This document shows, in pieces, positions 7,679 to 10,403 of a stretch of 10,403 nt of DNA. The position numbers and the translations under genes were made by a program. How positions within the stretch are numbered: the first letter of the stretch is position 1; each line of letters starts with the position of its first letter. The notes beneath the pieces were generated by a model. That model was not told the origin of the DNA and made no database searches. It was given only the letters and a program-made list of their open reading frames with translations. The stretch comes from an uncultured bacterium. GTDB taxonomy: Bacteria; Auribacterota; Erginobacteria; Erginobacterales; Erginobacteraceae. The stretch is from assembly GCA_963822585.1 (NCBI GenBank), contig CAWGIE010000027.1:1-10403 (forward strand), written 5' to 3'.

Positions 7679-8310
7679 ATGCCCGTCGTCGCAAGCGAGT
7701 GGCGAAAAGCTCTGGGGCTGTCGAATTTCGTCAATTGCTACTATCAATTTCGGGACTTACAGCTGGTACCCGACTGCCGGAACGTTCTCATCGTGGGGCG
7801 GGGACAGGGGCTTGAGGAAGTGGTGCTCAAGTGGCGTGGGTACTCCGTTACGACCTACGACATCGACCCCGCGTTCAAGCCGAACGTGGTTGGAAGCGTC
7901 CACGAGATGGATTCGTTTCGTGACCGCTGCTTCGACGCCGTCATTGCTTCCCATGTTCTCGAGCACCTAGCCGCGCCGTACCTGGATCAAGCGCTTCGCG
8001 AGCTGGCCCGGGTCGCTCGGTTCGCTATCGTGTACCTTCCGGTTCACGGCCGACACGCTCAGGTTCGAGTGGTCCCTGGTTCCGTGGGCTTGACCTTTCT
8101 GTGGTTCTCGATTTCTTCAATTTCTTCGCCACGCCTACCGGCATCTCACCAAGCTACATGGCTGGTCAACACTTTTGGGAGGTCGGAATGCGGGGGTTCC
8201 GAGTCCGCGACTTGACCAGGCGAATGGCCAACTTTTTCGATGTGATCTCTGTTTACAGAAACCGCGATTGGCTTCCGAGCCAGAACTTCGTGCTCCGATC
8301 CAGGCTGTGA
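7679..8310 (+). CDS. Class I SAM-dependent methyltransferase (Methyltransf_11-like), ~210 aa after repair; -1 frameshift near 8075-8081
   Basis: Motif I VLIVGRGQG, acidic beta2 end TYDID, FDAVIASHVLEH and ALRELARVAR. The C-terminus FRGLDLSVVLDFFN...GQHFWEVG...QNFVLRS is in the frame of ORF 8101..8310. Start ATG 7679 is inferred because the upstream part of ORF 7421..8215 looks non-coding. Confidence 0.8.
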
Positions 8311-8320
8311 TGGGACCCCG

Positions 8321-9066
8321 ATGAAGGAAGGCAAGACAAGCGCCAGCTACTGGGACAGCGTTCATTCGCGGCCGGTGAGACTTCGACTGCCTTCCCGCGC
8401 CCTGATCAGCACGAGAAATTCGCAGGAGGTACTGGCGAGGCACATTCGCCCGGCATGACGGTCCTCGAAGTGGGCTGTGCTCCGGGGAAGCACCTCACAT
8501 GGGCCTCGAAGCGCCTAGGAGCACAGGTGTCAGGCATCGACTACTCCGATCAGGGCCTCCAGGGCGCCAAACGACTGTTCGAGGCACTGGGCGTTGTGGG
8601 CGACCTGCGGTGCGACGATCTCTTTAAGACCAGTTTCGAACGGCACTCCTTTGACCTGGTTTACAGCATGGGTGTTATCGAGCACTTTGACGACCCTAGG
8701 CCAATGGTGGCCGCACACCTCAGGCTCGTGAAGCCCGGCGGGGCGGCTCTCATGACGGTCCCGAACTACGGTGGTCGGTACGGCCGGATTCAGCGCCACC
8801 TGGACCCCAGGAACCTCTCCATTCATAATCTGAACATCATGAACACCGACGCGTTGCGAAGGCTCGGGGAGGCGGTAGGAGAAGGCGGGGTCGTGGTCGC
8901 GGCAAGCGGTCGTTTTGACCCCTGGTTACTCAACTTCGAGAAGAAGGTGCCGCGGGTGGTGGCCCTGGCCCTGCAGGTCGCTCTCAACGGCGCCGCATTG
9001 TTGCAGCCTTTTGATGTGAAATGGGTGCGCCCGCTTCTCTGTCTTACGGTAGCTCAATCGGAGTGA
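8321..9066 (+). CDS. Class I SAM-dependent methyltransferase, ~248 aa after repair; -1 frameshift at ~8449-8453
   Basis: Motifs VLEVGCAPG, GIDYS, DDLF, FDLVYSMGVIEH and LVKPGG in ORF 8455..9066. Motif I begins only two residues into that ORF. An upstream frame from ATG 8321 (MKEGKTSASYWDSVHS...LARHIRP, stop 8456-8458) supplies the typical YWD N-terminus and joins as RHIRPGMTVLEVG with one extra base. Confidence 0.85.
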
Positions 9067-9072
9067 ACTCCT

Positions 9073-10153
9073 GTGCGAATCATCTATTCTTTCAACAAGG
9101 TCGGATACGAGGCGCGCTGCTGGGAGCAAGAGATCGCCGCGGCCAGTGGGGAAGGTTTCGAGTTCATACCCCTTAATCACGGGGTCTACCTGAACCCCGA
9201 CCGTTACGTTGATGCGTGGCGGCTGGATAGGCTCTACCGGGCGAGGGAGCCCGGCCTCATGCGCCTTTACAAGAGGATGCGGAATCAGGTGACGGCGTTG
9301 AAAGCAGATGCCCTATTGGTTACCAACTGCCCCCCCGTATCACCCCGAGTTTTTGCGGACTATTCCGGCCTATCGGGTTCTGTACAGCGGTGATGACCCC
9401 GACTCCACGTACCGCAGAAACATCCCCTACCTTCACGCCTACCATCACGTCTTCTTTGCCGACCCGGTTTACAGCCCTGACCTCGATATGGAAGCGAAGA
9501 TGCGGTCGTGCGGCATGGTCAACGCCGACTGGTTGCCGCTCGGGGTATTCGACTTCGAATTCGTTGGTACGGCCACCGACGGGAACGGGACTCCGAAAGG
9601 CCGCGACCTGGACGTAATCTATGTCGGGGGGATTTTCCCACAGAAACTGGACCTTCTCGCGAAGCTCAGGCGGGAGATTGGGCGGCGGTTCAAGATGCGC
9701 GGGCTGTTTCGTATCAAGCACAACGTCTATTTCGTTGTGCGCTTCGGATATCGGGGTTGGGTTAGGCCGGTTTCATACCCTGGAAGGGTTAGCCTGTACC
9801 AGAGGAGCAAGATCGGAGTCAACATTCACTGGAACGACTTTGGACTTGGCAATCAGCGGCTGTACCACCTGCCGGCCAATGGTGTGCTCCAGATTAGCGA
9901 CTGTGCGCCTTTCCTGGGCAGGGTGTTCGAGGTGGGCCGCGAGGTCGTGCCATACGGGAACGCTGGAGAATTGATAGAGCGGATTCGTTATTACCTCTCG
10001 AGGGAAGAGGAGCGGAGGACAATAGCTCAGCGGGGTTATGAACGAACGATGAGGGACTACCGCTTTCGGGAGGTAACCCTACGTGCGGGGAGATTGATCG
10101 CTGAGGGGATGAGGCGCATCGATTGGAAGCGGGCAGAAAACGACGGTGGGTAA
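9073..10153 (+). CDS. Glycosyltransferase, GT-B fold, CgeB/Glyco_trans_1_2 type, ~359 aa after repair; +1 frameshift in C7 run 9330-9336
   Basis: GTG 9073 with GGAG at 9060-9063. N-terminus MRIIYSFNK...ADALLVTNC joins PPYHPEFL if C7 is read as C6. C-terminal RDLDVIYVG, SKIGVNIH, NQRLYHLPANGVLQISD and FEVGREVVPY...ELIERIRYYL.REEERRTIAQRGYER are typical of this family. Confidence 0.88.
9330..9336 (+). repeat. Poly-C homopolymer (C7) coinciding with the glycosyltransferase frameshift
   Basis: Directly visible: aactg-CCCCCCC-gtat; the longest homopolymer I noticed in the window. Confidence 0.9.
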
Positions 10154-10178
10154 GTTTAGCGTGGTTTAGAGGAGTGCT

Positions 10179-10397
10179 ATGAATACGGTCAGCCTACTGG
10201 GAGGGGCGGACGTGCCTGCCCTGCGGGTCGCGACGTCCAGAATGTGGTGCTCCGGTGTCTTCAAGGCGGCAGGTTGGGGTTCTCGGGCGCGGCACCCGGG
10301 TAGGCGTATTGTGAAGCGGAGATCGGAGGCAATCCAATCGGGGCGCGCCTGGGAGAGTCTGGGTGCTTCGGCGACCGCCTTGGGGTCGCCCCGGTGA
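10179..10397 (+). CDS. Possible small hypothetical protein (72 aa) or frameshifted 5' end of the next gene
   Basis: Strong SD AGAGGAG (10168-10174) ends 4 nt before ATG 10179, 25 nt after the glycosyltransferase stop. No recognisable motif, and the composition resembles translated GC-rich spacer. Confidence 0.3.
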   Translation: MNTVSLLGGADVPALRVATSRMWCSGVFKAAGWGSRARHPGRRIVKRRSEAIQSGRAWESLGASATALGSPR

Positions 10398-10403
10398 GCG
10401 CCG

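Noticed and set aside
6819..7970. 383-aa alternative-frame + strand ORF, and other Arg/Gly/Pro-rich overlapping ORFs (e.g. 457..1005, 6209..7003)
   Set aside because: Off-frame translations of wzx and other real genes with typical GC-shadow composition.
8871..8882. GGCGGTAG, the core of an RfaH ops element
   Set aside because: Deep inside a CDS, lacks the following nnTG, and has no JUMPstart context.
2958..9336. Programmed ribosomal frameshifting as the explanation for the split genes
   Set aside because: Shifts go in mixed directions, I saw no consistent slippery heptamer with a stimulator, two shifts lie within about 50 nt of each other, and these families are not known to be recoded.
193..10403. 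Intrinsic terminators in the spacers
   Set aside because: None of the hairpins is followed by a convincing U-tract.

Overview
GC-rich (roughly 65%, estimated by eye) bacterial DNA from the middle of a surface-polysaccharide (EPS/capsule/O-antigen, Wzx-type) biosynthesis locus, with every gene on the + strand. In order: the 3' end of a nucleotide-sugar epimerase, two tandem exported right-handed beta-helix (pectate-lyase-3-like) proteins, an AsnB-family glutamine amidotransferase, a Wzx flippase, two class I SAM methyltransferases, a CgeB/Glyco_trans_1_2-type glycosyltransferase and a possible small ORF. Five of the seven complete genes are split by single-base frameshifts (seven in total). 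I saw no nonsense codons, and each gene can be repaired into a plausible full-length protein, so long-read indel error is more likely than real decay. Most notable points: (i) the secreted beta-helix pair, one carrying GH28-like acidic residues and a tailspike-like C-terminal domain; (ii) the -1 indels sit at CCWGG/CCNGG sites; (iii) the 200-280 nt intra-operon spacers are densely hairpinned, with possible pseudoknot or anti-SD pairings. No mobile element, CRISPR array, tRNA or rRNA was seen. The taxon cannot be determined from this sequence.
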